Positions 38,175 to 52,256 of a stretch of 64,000 bases of DNA are shown here, one piece after another; positions within the stretch are counted from its first letter, which is position 1; each line of letters starts with the position of its first letter. Under the pieces are notes generated by a model. The model was not told where the DNA came from, ran no database searches, and saw only the letters and a list, made by a program, of their open reading frames with translations. Source of the DNA: Trichosphaerium sp. ATCC 40318 (Eukaryota > Protista > Tubulinea); contig JALMLS010000612.1 of assembly GCA_038496445.1 (NCBI GenBank), positions 248,001 to 312,000 on the forward strand, read 5' to 3'. A program made the position numbers and the translations under genes.

Positions 38175-40653
38175 ATGAGGCTGCTTATCGTTCTAATGGC
38201 TTTTGCCATTGCAATAGCTAGTAACGGTCCTAACATGCCGTTATATCGCATAGTAACACAAGGGTCACAACACAGCATTTTGGTACGTTAAAATTGTAAC
38301 GACTTTTTAGCAGTTCCTTCCAATTTACCTTTCGAGAACCTTTTGTTTGCCATTTAGGCTCAATCCAGTAAAGCCAGTGGCGGTTTGAGTACCTAAAGTT
38401 GTTTTTAGCTTGTAGATCGTTCTGGTTCAGTAAAAGGATATGAAAGAGATGCGATACGCGTTACAGGTGCGTGGTAAAAGGTAGAGGATAGTTTTGTGCT
38501 AACTTTTAAAAGAGCAACTTTCACGTGCTGCACTCCATCGAAACGGCAATAAAATAGAGATAATTTCGTTTGCCAGTTCCGCAAACTCTCTCACAGGAGG
38601 TTTTATCAGTAGTCTTGACAAAGCAGCTACAGCATTCGGTACAACCGCATTAATGGTGTTGCTGATAAATTGACTACTTTCCAGCGCCGTTTAAAGCAAA
38701 TGGAAATACAAATTTGAGAAGCGGACTTGAACTTGCTGAACAGAAGTCTAGAGGCATCAAAAGTGTTAATCTTATGGTTCTAACTGACGGCCAACCTGAT
38801 GAGATTCCAGAAGAGACATTAAAACGTATGAGATCAGCTGTACGCTTCATCTATCATGTGACTTACCGATTTACAATTTTTAGGGATACAAGATTCTGTT
38901 TATTGGATATGGTTCTATTTCGAAATTCACACTTTCTCAAATGGCTAAACTTGCGACTGGTGATCCAAACTTCTATTTCAAATACGATAATCTCAAGGCG
39001 ATTGAGCAAGACTTGAATCCTTCTTGTCCTATTGAAATAACTTCGGCTGAAATCAATGAACTTCCTGGTCGTAAAGAACCGCTGAAGATTACAATGAAGA
39101 TGAAGTCTACCGGTCTACCAATACCTCAAACAATAGTTAAAGTAACCCAACCTGCAGCAGATATACCTTACTTTATGCCACAAAGCTTCAGCATTGAGAA
39201 TATTGGCAACCCGGGCAAAGAAGTTGAGGTAACTGCCCGATCACATACAATGCTTTTCTAATGACTACTTAGATTACACTGAATATAAATCCGTCTAGTA
39301 GGAAAGGTTACGAGTTACTTGACAGTATTCCGGATTCATTGGAGTTCTTTCTTAGCGAATCATGTGTTTATAAAGTACTCATACCTAACGGTAAGTGTCA
39401 GGTGGATTTCAAACAATAGATACTCATCAAAAAATAGAAGTAGCATGGTCTTTGTTTGACGAAATAGAACCAGGATGCAGACCAAAAGGTCAACCAATTA
39501 CTATTGCTTTCATGGGACCTGTGGGTTCAGGGAAATCTACTCGTATTAACCTGATAAATGAGTACGATTAATGAAAGCTCAAAGCACTTATTTAAAAACC
39601 GATTGGTTCCTCTCTTAAGTTGGTTGTTCCACGCTTATTTGACAACAGTTTAGAGGGTTAGGGATGACAAAAGTAGCTTTTGTTGGAGCTTCAGCAGATC
39701 ATGCTACAGTCGCAGTTAATATGTCTCCTTTGCTTTTGAAAAAACAAAACGAAACAATCAACCTTAAAATTCAGTTAGTTGATGTTTGGGGAATAGAGGT
39801 ATCACGTGACCTTCCTTTTTTTTCTAGGTTATTTACTGAATCTTTAGACTGATGACAAAGGACAAGAAAGATGGTCGGACGATAAATATACAATGTTTCT
39901 AGACGGACGAATTAAGATGGTAGTGTTAGTTGACAGCCTTTTTGCTTACGTGGACATTAGGGTGTTCACATGGATGATAAAATAGAATACATAGAGTCAC
40001 AGTTTAGGAAACCTTTAGATGCTATTGTATGGGTGATACCTGCTTCAGAAGGAAACATGGAAATTCTAACACGTATTAAACGATTCATTGAGATGGCACA
40101 AAAGAAAGGTAACCAAACAGTTTTTTTTTCAGGATAATTTTTGAGCGACGTCCCAAGATAATTACTAATTCTCCGTAGAAGTTGGTAGCGTAGTGGCTTT
40201 GTCTGGTTGGGAGAATAAAGAAAACCCGGAGATTCTGGTAGATGGTTGGAAAAAGTTTTTTAAATTACAAGATGTAGTTCTTTCTCATTACAGCGATCAA
40301 AGCTCTCCAAGCGTTGAACTTAAAGCTAGAAAGAGCGCGCTGAGTCTTATACTACGTGCTTTCGAAATTGCAAAGCAGTCGAGAAGGACTACTAAGAACC
40401 ACGGTACGGTTTTTTTTCTTGGTGTCGTAAGAAAGAACTAAAACGCTCGGCTTTTCTCTTGCGAAGAAATTTGATTCATGGAATTATTTTAGCGTGTCAA
40501 AACGAAAAGATAGAGCCTGAATGCGGAGAGGAGTGTGATAGCGGTGTTGGTTGTAATAATTTATGTATTTGCGACCCTGAATACGGTTGGGAGGCTTTTG
40601 ATCCTCCTAGACATGGCTGTGCGCGTATGATCCCTCCACCGGTGGAGCTTTAG
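38175..40653 (+). CDS. Signal peptide + vWA + beta-sandwich + IFI44-like P-loop GTPase + Cys-rich C-terminal module
   Basis: MRLLIVLMAFAIAIA; LLVDRSGS, GNTNL and VLTDG (vWA); FMGPVGSGKST (G1); LVDVWG (G3); CQNEKIEPECGEECDSGVGCNNLCICD. Confidence 0.75.
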
Positions 40654-41094
40654 CGAAGTGTACATTTTATTAACAAAAAACTTTTCAAATAAAAATTTAA
40701 GACCTTGAGTACTCTTTCCTTCGTAAAGCACATGATTTACCATCTTTGCGAGCATTTGTCTGAACGCTTGTTTTATTTATTTTTTTTGGGTAAAACAAAC
40801 CACGTGTTTGCAAGGTACGTATTTGCTTCGAACGTACTGGGAGGAAGATCTACAGGTTTAGAATTGAGTTCAAAGAATAAAATAAGTACGCAGTTTTGGC
40901 CACTGTCGGTCACTACCTGTTGCCACCTTTCTTGTTTGTTTGTCGTGAGACTTTGACAACATTTCTCCGAAAAAGAACACATTGTTTTTCGTCACGCGGT
41001 GTTACTTGAACCGTCTTAAGAAAAGAAAACTGGTAGAAAAGTGCGTAAAGGTGCGTTTTATTGTTTGAGGAGATGTTACAAGAGTTACTTAATT

Positions 41095-41310
41095 TTACAT
41101 GCTTCTGCTTCCAATCTTGTAGACTTTGTTGCTTCTACGGTCGATTTTGTCGCTTCCAATGGCGTAGACCTGGTTGCTGCGGTAATCTACCTTGTTCGAG
41201 CCGTATTGATAAGGCTTTCCAGATCTGATATCGGCCTTTCCATACCATCCTTCTAATTTTTTGAACCATGCAGATTCCGACATTGTGCTATCCATACCAG
41301 GTTGAGACAT
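41095..41310 (-). CDS. Small intronless protein with three 15-aa repeats
   Basis: KADIRSGKPYQYGSN / KVDYRSNQVYAIGSD / KIDRRSNKVYKIGSR; 45-bp DNA periodicity with synonymous variation. Confidence 0.6.
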   Translation of the reverse strand: MSQPGMDSTMSESAWFKKLEGWYGKADIRSGKPYQYGSNKVDYRSNQVYAIGSDKIDRRSNKVYKIGSRSM

Positions 41311-41851
41311 TTTTGTTGTGAGAGGGAGTGTTGTTGTTTCTCGTGTGACGCTTGATAAAAAGAGAGATTGCAAAGTCAACAGTATTCTGTGCGGGGGTTT
41401 TCTCTCATAGAGGACTTCTACGGAAAACTCAATCATTTGGTTTTCAAGACACGTGGCGCGCCAGTTTCACTAAATCTGACGTACTTTATGTGAAGAAATG
41501 TATTTAGTCTAAATTAGTTGGCCATTAACGTAAAGCGCTGGGGAAGTTTACTAACCACAGTGTTATATGGGCAGCTTTATACAAGGAAGCGCTATACCCA
41601 TCAGTACAGCAAAGAATATAAGCAGCTGTGCCTAACAGCTCGTGTTTAGTAAGGTTTGCGTAAGTTAAAGAGAACATTTTCACATTTAGCAGAAATGTGA
41701 TATTCTTTAACACAAAAACATAAATACCTTCTTTCACTGCCTTCCAATGAGCACGTGCAAATTGTATTGATTTGTTTATGGCTACCAATTATCGTAGTAA
41801 CGACAATACTTTTCAAAAGGTGTTTACACATTTCAAAAATAGTCTCCTTTA

Positions 41852-42996
41852 TTACTGTCTGAGATTAGGTAACAATACAGAGCACTTTTTTGATATATTT
41901 CTGCATTCACTGACACTAAGATAAACAGCTGACGTCAAATACTTGATACCCTCATCAGTTATACTATTACATGAGCGCAATATTATTTTTTCAACGCTTG
42001 CTAGTGCTTTCAAACCATTATCAGTAATGTTAGTATAAGAAAGATTAAGTGTTTTAACAGAATTTAGGTGTTTAATCCCTTCATCAGTTACCTTTGTATT
42101 ACTCAAATTGACAACTGTTGAATGTGCCAAATACTTAATACCTTCGCCTGTTATATTATAGCAATGTATCAAGATAACTTTGTTAATACCACAGAGATGT
42201 TTAAGAGCTTTATCTGTAATCTTTGTATAAGACAAATTGATTTCATTTAAAACGTTTCCATTTCCATTAACAAATGCCTCTATCCCAATATCCGTCACCT
42301 TTGTGGCCTTCAAAGTAATCTCATGAACACCTTTAAGCTGTGATATACCATAATCTGTTATACTACCACAATGACTAACAATTATAGAGAAAGCACCACT
42401 TAATCCCTTTAAGCCATCATCTGATATGTTCGTGTGACTTACATCTACTGTATGTACACCGGCAAGGTATGCATATCCTTTACTACTGATGAGATCACAA
42501 CCATAGATATCTGCAGTATGAACTCCAGCAATTGCTTTAAGTCCTTTGTCTGATATTCCGTGGCAGTCCCAAAGCATTACAGAGTGTACTCCCGCTATTG
42601 ACTCTAGACCCTCATCTGTTATTGTGAAATTATTTTCAACACTAATGTTCTTAATACCCTTTAATGCTTTTAATCCTTTGTCTGTTAGTGTAAAACTGCC
42701 TGAAGAAAAATCAATTATTGTGTTGTTTAGATGTAATACTGGGCTGTTACAAACAAGTTCAAAGCCTTTCTGAGATTTTATGTAAATAGCTTGATAGCCA
42801 ACATGATAATGTATCACGTTTGAGAGTGTCCAACATGATTGTGCTGCAGCATATCTTGTATCATCCAAAAACGTTAAAATACCAGCCAAAATCTCTGTAG
42901 GCATGTCTAGTAACGCAATCGAAGGTTGTACTCTTTAAAAAACAAACATTTAGTTTCTAATAGGTAAAACAATACCACAACATACGTAGCTTGCAT
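41852..42996 (-). CDS. F-box + LRR protein (ITDxGLxxL-type repeats)
   Basis: LLDMPTEILAGILTFL F-box; ~11 repeats such as ITDEGIKYLTSAVYLSVSEC; single short 5' intron, then a ~1.08-kb exon. Confidence 0.88.
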
Positions 42997-43325
42997 GTTA
43001 GAACAGATAGGTGTATACTGATGAGTTGTACGACACGCAATAGTTGCTTTTATGCTGAATTTTACTTAAACACAAATCTACTTTTTACTCTCATTGACTG
43101 TTTTCAAAAAGTTTTGACAATGTTGCACGTGCACATGCTGTATTCATACGCCCCTTTCAGATGGCGTCGCATTACACAAGTTATTATTGGGTACGCCTTC
43201 ATTCAACCCTCTAAGATCAGAGTCTACAACAAATAGTGAACCTTCGGTTTTTGTACAATTTACAGTGGCGTTTTATTTAACTTTGAGTTGGTTTTTTTTT
43301 TGTTGTTGGTTGAGCTGTCTCTTTT

Positions 43326-46300
43326 TCAGTCGTATCCATAATCATCATGATAACTTCTATTTATACCCCTTGTTCTTGTTAATGTGCTTGAAATAATGGG
43401 CATCAAAACAGACTCTTCTGCCTCCATAGCTTCTTGTTCAGAGTCGTAATCTTCAACATTTTGTTCAGACCATACATCATCTTCTTCATTATAAGCATCA
43501 TAAGTATCTTTTTTAGGTCGTTTTGGTTTTTTCTTTTTAGTTATCTTCCTCTTTTTCTTCTTTCTTTGTCTTGTTGTTGTATGGTATATATCATCATCTT
43601 CAGAGTTATAATCATTAACACCAACCATTCTATCATCTTCAAAACCAAAGTCATCGTCATCAACAACAAAGTCATCTTTTGGTTTACTTCTTCTTCTTCT
43701 CTTCGGAGGAGGTGGTTTTTCATCAAAAAATTCATCTTCATCATCAACAATAAAATCATCACTATTCGACCGCCGTCTCCTTGTAGTGCGCTTGCGTTCT
43801 AGGATAACACCATTAATAACTCACCCTTAATCCCAAAGGATGAACAAGTTAAAAACGTACTTGGTGGCCGAGCTACAGGCGCATAATCCTCTTCAATTTC
43901 TGGATTATATTCAGTTGCATTATTCATCTTTGACTTTACTCTAATACGTAATTTCGTACCCTCAACCCTTCTTGCTCCATCTTCTTTCTGTATAAAATAA
44001 GTGAGTATAAGATAGTAATATATAATTTACCGCGGCTATTGGCGATACGACAGGGAGCGGTGGGACAATGACAAGTTCGTCATTAACGCTATTTACATTT
44101 GATTCTGATGTACCGACCTTGAGCTTCACAGTTGTTGATGACCGGGTCTGTCTCTTGTTTATTGGCTCTGTATGCTCTGTGTTATCTGTAACCATATCAC
44201 TACCTAGCTCACCATCGCTAAAAATAGATTGGCACGTGGACATAAAAAGAAAAAAAAAAGCAAAAAGTTTTGAGTTTCTTTTTGTGTAGTTACCTTTCGA
44301 AGGTTGCTAAAACACTTCTGCTTCTGCTTCTCTTACGAAGTGAATATTTCTTTTCATTCTTAGGTTCGTCTAAGATATTAGCTTCATCAATAGAACTCGA
44401 GTCTTCTTCTCCTTCTGGAATAGCAGGACTCCTCAAGGTATACCTCCTGTTTATATTATTTAGTATGACAAAATACCTTAGATAAACAAGTGCGAACCTA
44501 TGAGGTGTATCAAGGTCATCATGAGTTTTTATTTCACGTTCTATATCATCATCGTCATCCTCACCATCGTCAATGAAACTATTATCTTCTTCGTCTTCAG
44601 AGTTACGTCTACGTCTCCGACGCTTTGAAACACCTAACAATATTAATAAAAAAGCATCTCTTTAATAACTTACGTCTTGAAGAAGTACGTAAAGGAGGAT
44701 CTGGTTCAGGAGGATCATCAAATGTTACAGAAGGTAATGGGAGATTAATGTACATGTTGTCTATCTCAACTATGAAATTATGATTAGCACACAAATCTTA
44801 TTGACTGAAGAGTTTTTTTGTGAATAAACAGTTAAGCCACTTACGTTTATTAAGTTTTGGCATTTGAACCATGTGGGTTCCAGGAAGCTGTTGTTGTAAT
44901 ACCGGCATAATACTATCAGAAAGCATTTTAGTAGCAGCACTAGCAATCAAGGCAATCTCATGCTCAGAACCATTATAAGCAGCTGCATTAGTTTCGATGC
45001 GTTGGAAATCAAAGAGCACTTGCTAAGTAGAAAAAAGTTAATAACTTAAGGCAAGGCCAACCATTAAGTAAAAAACCGTATACGTGCCTGTATAGACCTG
45101 TAATACATATATTTTAATCTATTCAATATAGTAGCGATATCAATAGGATAAGGAACGATCTTGGAGTACTCTGGATATGCCTGTAACGAGCTAAAGAATA
45201 ATTTAATTGAAGTGCATTTTCGGTCTAATAAACTCATCCAAGATTTGGGCTGCTTAAGCGTACACTGGTTGACGGAATGCTTCACAATCTGGTGTGTTAT
45301 ATACAGGTATAATAGATGAGATAATAGAAAAGCACACTACTTATTATTAGCATGTAAAAAATATGAAGTAAAAACGACTAAGAAATTTATCCATTACTGA
45401 AAACGGTGCCAACAGGGCTGAAAGGGAACTCCTTAGAAACTACGACGTACTTCGTGGGTTCAGAGTATCTAGTAGCGGTACATGTGATTTATCAGGTTCT
45501 ATATCCCACGGGCTTTCTAAGGCAACATCCTCATACCTGGGTAATGTTAAACGACAGAACCTTAAACAAACTGCATACCATTCAACTTCAAAGCAGTGCC
45601 AAAATCCAGGTCTTCTACCAACCAATCTGCCTTCAACCCAATCCTCACTACCATCTGGTTTCGTTGTTCTTTTATAAACATCTTGCTGCGGCTCCCATGT
45701 ACAATCAAGAGCTTCAGCAACGCGTCTTCGAAGTACAAGGAAGTTTGAAAGTTTACAAGGATGATAGTGTACAGTAAACGTTGCAGGTAGCTGCTGTTGA
45801 GATGGAGCTGCATTACCCATTACTAATCCATTCTGTACTCTCTGTGTTGTAGGTGCTGGTCCTGGCGCTGTATAACTTCTTGGTGCGTCCACGCCAAAGC
45901 CAAAAGACATTGTTTGTTGTGGGTTATTATTTATCAAGTTTTGCATGTTCATTGGGCTTGGCGCCTGTTGGGGTGGTTGTTGAGGCGCTTGTTGGGGTGG
46001 TTGTTGTGCTGGTGGTGTAGTTGTAGGTATTGTACGGCTTCGTAGCCGTCTAGAACTCGTTGAAGCGAGTGGTGTACTAAAAGAACCTTTTCCTTTTATA
46101 GGTGGTAATGTAGCTTGATTTACCACTTGTAGAACAATAGAACAATGAATAAAAGGCTCATTGAAATATTCAATTGCTACAAAAAAACAATGTAAGCCAC
46201 ATACGGAGTGAATGATAAAGTTAAAAAGACATATGGATCCACGTACATGTAACTTGACAGTATACATATGAAGGAAGGTTATTCGCAATCGGAGGGAATT

Positions 46301-49300
46301 TGAACTCTTGTGTGTACATTTCATAGCCTTCTTTAAAAAAAAGCACAGAATCTTCAAGTTGTGGTATGAACAGATCATGAGATGTTTCATGTATCATTCT
46401 GACCCAAGGCGGATATTTAACATAACGTGGCCCTTGTGATTTTTGAGCTTCCATAGCTAGTTTTTCCTTTTGCTCAATCTCTCGCTCTCTAACAAAACAA
46501 CTAAGAAAAAAAAAAGACCAATTCAAATTTCCGCCGGCAAACAGGAAAGTAAAAAGATGAAAAAGAAAATGTCGCTGGTACTTTCTCACTTGTATCACGT
46601 GATATTTTTTTCTAAATGGATAAACGCACGTTTGTTGTAAAAGGTTATATGATGCATCTATTTCCTCTCCAGGACGTAACTCAGAGTCACTAAAGTTGTA
46701 TCCACCAGCATCTTTAATTGGGACATGTTAATACAACTAAAGCCTTCAAAATAACACAGTTTTACCTTCGTCTTGGTATCGCGATCGCCTTCTTCGACGA
46801 TCATCAATAGGACCCATACTTCTTGTACGTAGATCACGTCTTAACCCTGTAGGGTCAGAGTAAGATCCTTCATCATCAGACGACATCTGATATCCGTCAT
46901 CAGAGTCATCATCAGCTTCAAGTTGCTCCGCTTCAACAAGGTCTAGTATCGCCTACAAAACAGAACAGTTAAATTCTCATAACTCTATTTTTTTATCATT
47001 ACCAGTAGCTCCATATCAGGGTTCACTGTTAAGTCTACTTCTGCTGGAGCTTCTTCTTCAACTACTTCCATCTCATTCTCCATACGAGCCCACTTTTCAA
47101 CACATTTCTGGTCTGTTTCAAGAGAGATAGAAGGATATGCTTCAGGTACAAATGACTGCATTATTGTAGGTTGCTCTTCATCAGGATAAGGATTACCACC
47201 AATGTCGACCTGTAGGTATAGATTTGTTAAAGTCCAATATTAAAACCCTTTAATAGTACATACCAGTGGTGGTCTCTCCATCAAATGAGGAGGAATCTCA
47301 GTTTCTCTGTCAGCAGCATTACCATCATCATCGTATGTGAGTTGATGATAATCAGTCAATAAGAATTGTTCATTTTTTGTATTTTTACAAAAATCAACAT
47401 CTCTAGTGCTGTAGCACCAGTGAGCGCCTAAAATACAAAATTAGCTATAAACAACGAAGGGTGGTGCATATTTCTAAATAAAATAAAAACCATACCATTC
47501 TTATCTGACACACTAAACATGTCACCATTCGGAGAAAAAGCTCCATCATGAATATAAGATCTTCCTTGAGTGAAAACTTTGATAGGTCTGGTCGTCTCTA
47601 AATCCCATAATATTACACGTCCATCATAACCGCCACTCATAGCAATACGTGGATCCTAATAGGGCATAGTTAGCTAAAAAGAAAAAGGAACAAATGTGAT
47701 CAGTACAAGAGGATGTGGAACAAGCACAAAAGCTTCTTTGGTATGACCTTCAAGATCACAATAGCTTTCACCTGTTTTCATATTCCATATCTTAATAGGT
47801 CCACGTTTTGTAGTTGTAACAACCTTTTCACCATCTTTAGTTATTGTAAGCATAAGTGGTGGATTCTTGCTACCGCCAGTAGACACTAGAAGGCGAAAAA
47901 AAGTTAAACTCAGAACAACCTTACAACTAAATAGCAGTTTAAAAAAAAGTACGTACAAACATGTACACAAACCCATCGTTTAAGTTCAGAAGAGTACTTC
48001 CATACACGAAGTGTACCATCATTACACCTTGTTTTAATACGTCAGAAGAAAAGATATTTTGGAGAGGTTGTGCATTACCCTGAAACAAACGCAGTTGAGC
48101 ATGGAGACCAACCTATTGTTGATATCTTTTTTTTTCCATGACCCCTTAACGAGTGTTAGTACATCAAAAAGAACAGGAAGAGGAAACGCTTTAAGTATTA
48201 AAACGGTAAACTACTGATAAAGTATAACTTATCATCAAAAGTTAGCCAGAAGTGAAACGTACTTTAGAGTTTGAAGTAATGTAGGTGGAGAAACATTCCA
48301 CACGTTAACACTACCATCACTACTTCCTGTTGCAAATCTTAAACCACCAGGACTCCAAGCTACAGTTAGAACCTCGCCTGTGCATTGGAGGAGTTCAGGC
48401 TTTAAAGAACGAATGAGCAAAAATCTCGCAGAGATGATAAACGCACAAGTTCGCCAAAGTTGTTGTAATTCCAAACACGTAATGCTCCATCTCTACCAGT
48501 GGACACCATTCTTGGTACTTCTAGGTATGGGCAAAAGGATATAGAGGTTATTTCTTCTTCATGACCTCTTAATATCTCAATAGGCTCGAAATTGGTCAAG
48601 GACCATATTCTTATTGTCTAAACTACATTTAGTTTTGAAAAGCAAATTTAGTTCACCTTATCATTGGAACATGACGCCAAGAACGTGTTATCTGGGGATA
48701 CAGAGAGGTCAGTAATATCTCCCTATGTTAATTGAAGTTTTAGTGGGTTGTATAGAGTTAAAGCAAGGTACATTGTGGCCGCGTAAGCTGTACAATAGAT
48801 GCATTGTTGACGAACACCAGACTTTTACTAATTTATCATCTGAGCCCTAACCACATGTAAATAATTACGCTGAAAACCCATCTCTAATCGTGTACCGTTA
48901 TCAAGTAATTTCCAGACTTGTCAAAGCTAACACAGTAAATAGGACTAACGTGACCATGAACCCTCTTCATCTAAAAGTGAAAAAAAAAGTTAAATCAAAA
49001 GAATCACATCACGTGATACAAACGTACAAATCTAAACTTGCTATATACAAAAGAAGGGGTGTTTAAAGTCAAAGGTAATCTAACTCCGAGCTGGCTTGAG
49101 GATGCAACAGTTGCTATAAAACGTAAGCGAAATAATACCAAATAAGTCTGGTTTTTTCGGTATCGCCAAGGCCTTTTACGTACCGTGATTGTACAATACT
49201 TTGCGACGAGGTAAAGCAGCATGAAGGCGTCTCTCCCTTTTAAGAATAAGGTTAAAATAAAGTGTGAAATATGAATTCTTCGCACTTTACGAAACTTTTC

Positions 49301-50155
49301 ATTTTTAACTTATCCGCAAATGAAACACCTCTGAAATGCCCTGATTCGAAAGTGCTCTTATCTTTCGATAGTTTAATACGATGCATAGGATTTTTCACAA
49401 TTGCAAAGTCATCCAAACCTACAAAAGAATGTTAACACCATCACAAAACTCAAAAAACTTGTTGAATTTTTCACATGCAGCTGAGAACGAAATAGCTTTT
49501 AAATTTTTGGCGAATTTCTGATGTCCGTCTAAGGCACGTAGTTCGCGTTTATGCTTATTCCAAAGAAGCAACAAGGTGTCACTTTCTCTGCAAAAAAACT
49601 CAAAAAACCGTCAAAATCAAACAATCTTGTCATGGAAGTGACAGGGCTGTGGTGTGCATGGCTTTTTGAAGGGTAGTTTTCGTCACGTGCCGAGAAGAGT
49701 GAATGCAGGCGCTGGGAATGGTGTGCGCGCATGTCGGAGGTTTAGAAGCTCTCGCAACAGTTGAGGCAAGTGATCTGTGCTTACATGGGACAATTTCTTT
49801 TGAACCTTGGCGTACGTTACCACACATGCGTGCAAAGAAATAATTTGCGATCAAAACGTTAAAAACAAATTTGTAGACTGATCTTAAACAAATTTTTAAA
49901 ATCTATGCTGGAAATTTGCCTACCAATTCACAATAGGGGACTACTTCCCTTGTGCCTGTCCAGGCCGTTCGTTGAGGCAAAGCGTCTCGATCTGTTAACT
50001 TTTTTTCTAATGCAGTCGCTATTTCTTTTTCACCAAGGTGTTGCAGGTAATGAAGTATAAGAAAGTTGAGTTCTGCGCCATAAATTAGTACACCGCACCA
50101 AAACGCTTTCATTCTATTAACCCGTACCTCGCTCATCTATTTGTGCCTTCTGCAT
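43326..50155 (-). CDS. PHIP/BRWD-like WD40 + bromodomain protein
   Basis: N-terminal ELNFLILHYL...LPQRTAWTG; WD40 repeats (GSDDKLVKVW, GHEEEITSISF, SGGYDGRVILWD); SPWDIEP; bromodomain FRQPV...YPIDIATILNRL..YYRS...NAAAYN. Confidence 0.92.
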
Positions 50156-50578
50156 ATTTACAAAAACCTCAACTTTTTGTAAATTACGTTCAAAAAAACA
50201 ACAGATTTTTTAACGCCTATCTTTAAACCGATCAAATTAGGAAACGCGATTGACGTTGTTTTTTTTTTTGAATGCGTGTAATTCCGTAGGAGCCTTGCTA
50301 TTCGCTATGGAAAGCTATTGTTGTTATTGGCGGGAGTGCAATAAAGGGCAGATATTGTCTGGTGTTATTTTTGAGTTCAAAAACCCCGACAGCCTTGTAT
50401 TACTTTTTTTGACCTTTTAGTGCATTGTGAGACGTTTAAGGTGATAGCTTATACCTCCCCGTAGGCACCAGTAGAGTTTTTGCATATTGGGATTGACCCA
50501 CAACGCAATTAGTTCAAAAAAATAAAAACTTCGCTAGTTTTTGTTTTTATTGTCACCTATTGGTAGTTGTCGCTTAAG

Positions 50579-52146
50579 TATCGCTTGGTAGGACTAGAAA
50601 GAGTGATGTGCTTGATAAAAACGAAATCATAAATGCGTATGTCAAAAACTGTACGAAGAAAATGTTGTGGAGTAACTCGTCGCAGTTACAGGCCGTTTGA
50701 GATTCTTACCCAATCCTGTAATACCATTCGCATTAGCTGAAGAGCAAAGAGCTCATATTAGCTCTACACTGAGCAAACAGCTTAAAGTGAAGGTACTGGA
50801 GGACTTTTACAAAGTAACGCGCAAACGTATCGATAAAGTGGGCGGTGATGCGTTTGTTAATGTTAAGCTATCAATGAGTACCATTTTAATCAAATTGTAC
50901 CCAGAGTACAACTGGAATGTTTATGGTTTCAGGTACGTTGCCTAAAGTCACTGTACATCTTTTAAATCGCGTAGTTCTGGCGTACCAAATGGTTACTGGG
51001 ATGACATTGCCCATCACAGACATTTTTTTAATTATTTTGGTGAGATGTTCTTGTTTCATGATTTAGACTGCTGGTACGATTGCAGTGTAGACTTGATAGC
51101 AACTCATGGCGGCGGTGGCGTTATAAATGACAAGTAGGTTTTTTTATTTCTCTTTTTCAAAAAAACGCCATTACTTCGTTACTGACATGCCAAGATACAA
51201 TGGCTCTGTATTCGCGGCGTTAGAAGCAGTGTATCCTGAACGAACATGGAAGCCATGGCTATTCAGGTAGGGTTGGCTTTGTGGAATAAGGTGAAGAACG
51301 TGCTGACTCTTTTTTTTGTTAGACATTCACCAGCACATATTTGGGATTGTTTACGAAATCAAAGGATGATGTGTGATCGTATTTGTGAGGCTATGAAGTT
51401 AAAAATAACAGAAGATATGTATTGCCTAACTACTTATTCATTCATTCAGCATGGTGGAGGAAGTATATTATCGCTAAAGCACGTGGAAGAAATTTAGGAG
51501 ATTACTTTTGTAAATTTTTTGACAAAATCCCTAATTTTTCGGATAGATACAGAGGTTCATTATTTCGCTTGTTGACGGCTGTATACCCAGAGTTTAAATG
51601 GGTTATTTACGAATTCAAGTACGTACTTCATACATGTAAGGCACAAACTGAACCTGGACAGGAGTATTTCCCAAGGGTATTGGAACGAACCCGCAAATGT
51701 CATTGAATTTTTCAAAGGTACGCTATTACAACATTTTGATTTTCGACTATCTCACCGCCCACATCAACCAGATCTCGAAACTCTTCTTGAGATTCAAGAA
51801 CCAAATGACTGGTATCGAGTAGGAAATGCAGTAGTAGGGAAATACGGTGGCAGGTAAGCATAGTACAGTTGTTCTGATGGCCATTACTAACATAATTTTT
51901 CTAGGTCATTGTTAACTAGCAACGGAATCTACAGGTATCCTACGTGCCTGAAACTACTATATAAAGATCATAACTGGGACTGGCAGCTATTTAGATCAAC
52001 TGTAATTCCCAATAAGTCCTCACAAAGGTATATTAGCTAGTAATGCTTTATACGAGTTTTAATGGTACAATAGGGTACTTATATGGTCCTTGAAGACTTT
52101 ATTGACTGCTAACGGTATTTCCGTTGAGCATGAAAGAAATCGTTGA
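50579..52146 (+). CDS. Uncharacterised ~70-aa Trp-rich repeat protein A (4 repeats, no nuclease; 5' end uncertain)
   Basis: Repeats GYWDD...DCWYDC...HGGGGVINDKYNGSVFAALEAVYPERTWKPWLF; ends KSSQRVLIWSLKTLL...TGA 52146. Confidence 0.75.
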
Positions 52147-52256
52147 CTTTGTAATGATTTTAGTGTAAAATAGTAATTAAATACTGCTGTGATAATTACA
52201 TTATGTTTGCTACGCGTAATTGATGCTTATTAGCGTCTGAGACACGCTTTAGGATT

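Noticed and set aside
49691-49808. GC-rich island inside an apparent long intron, suspected ncRNA
   Set aside because: It is a coding exon of the BRWD-like gene (HVSTDHLPQLLREL...TLLG) with a GC donor.
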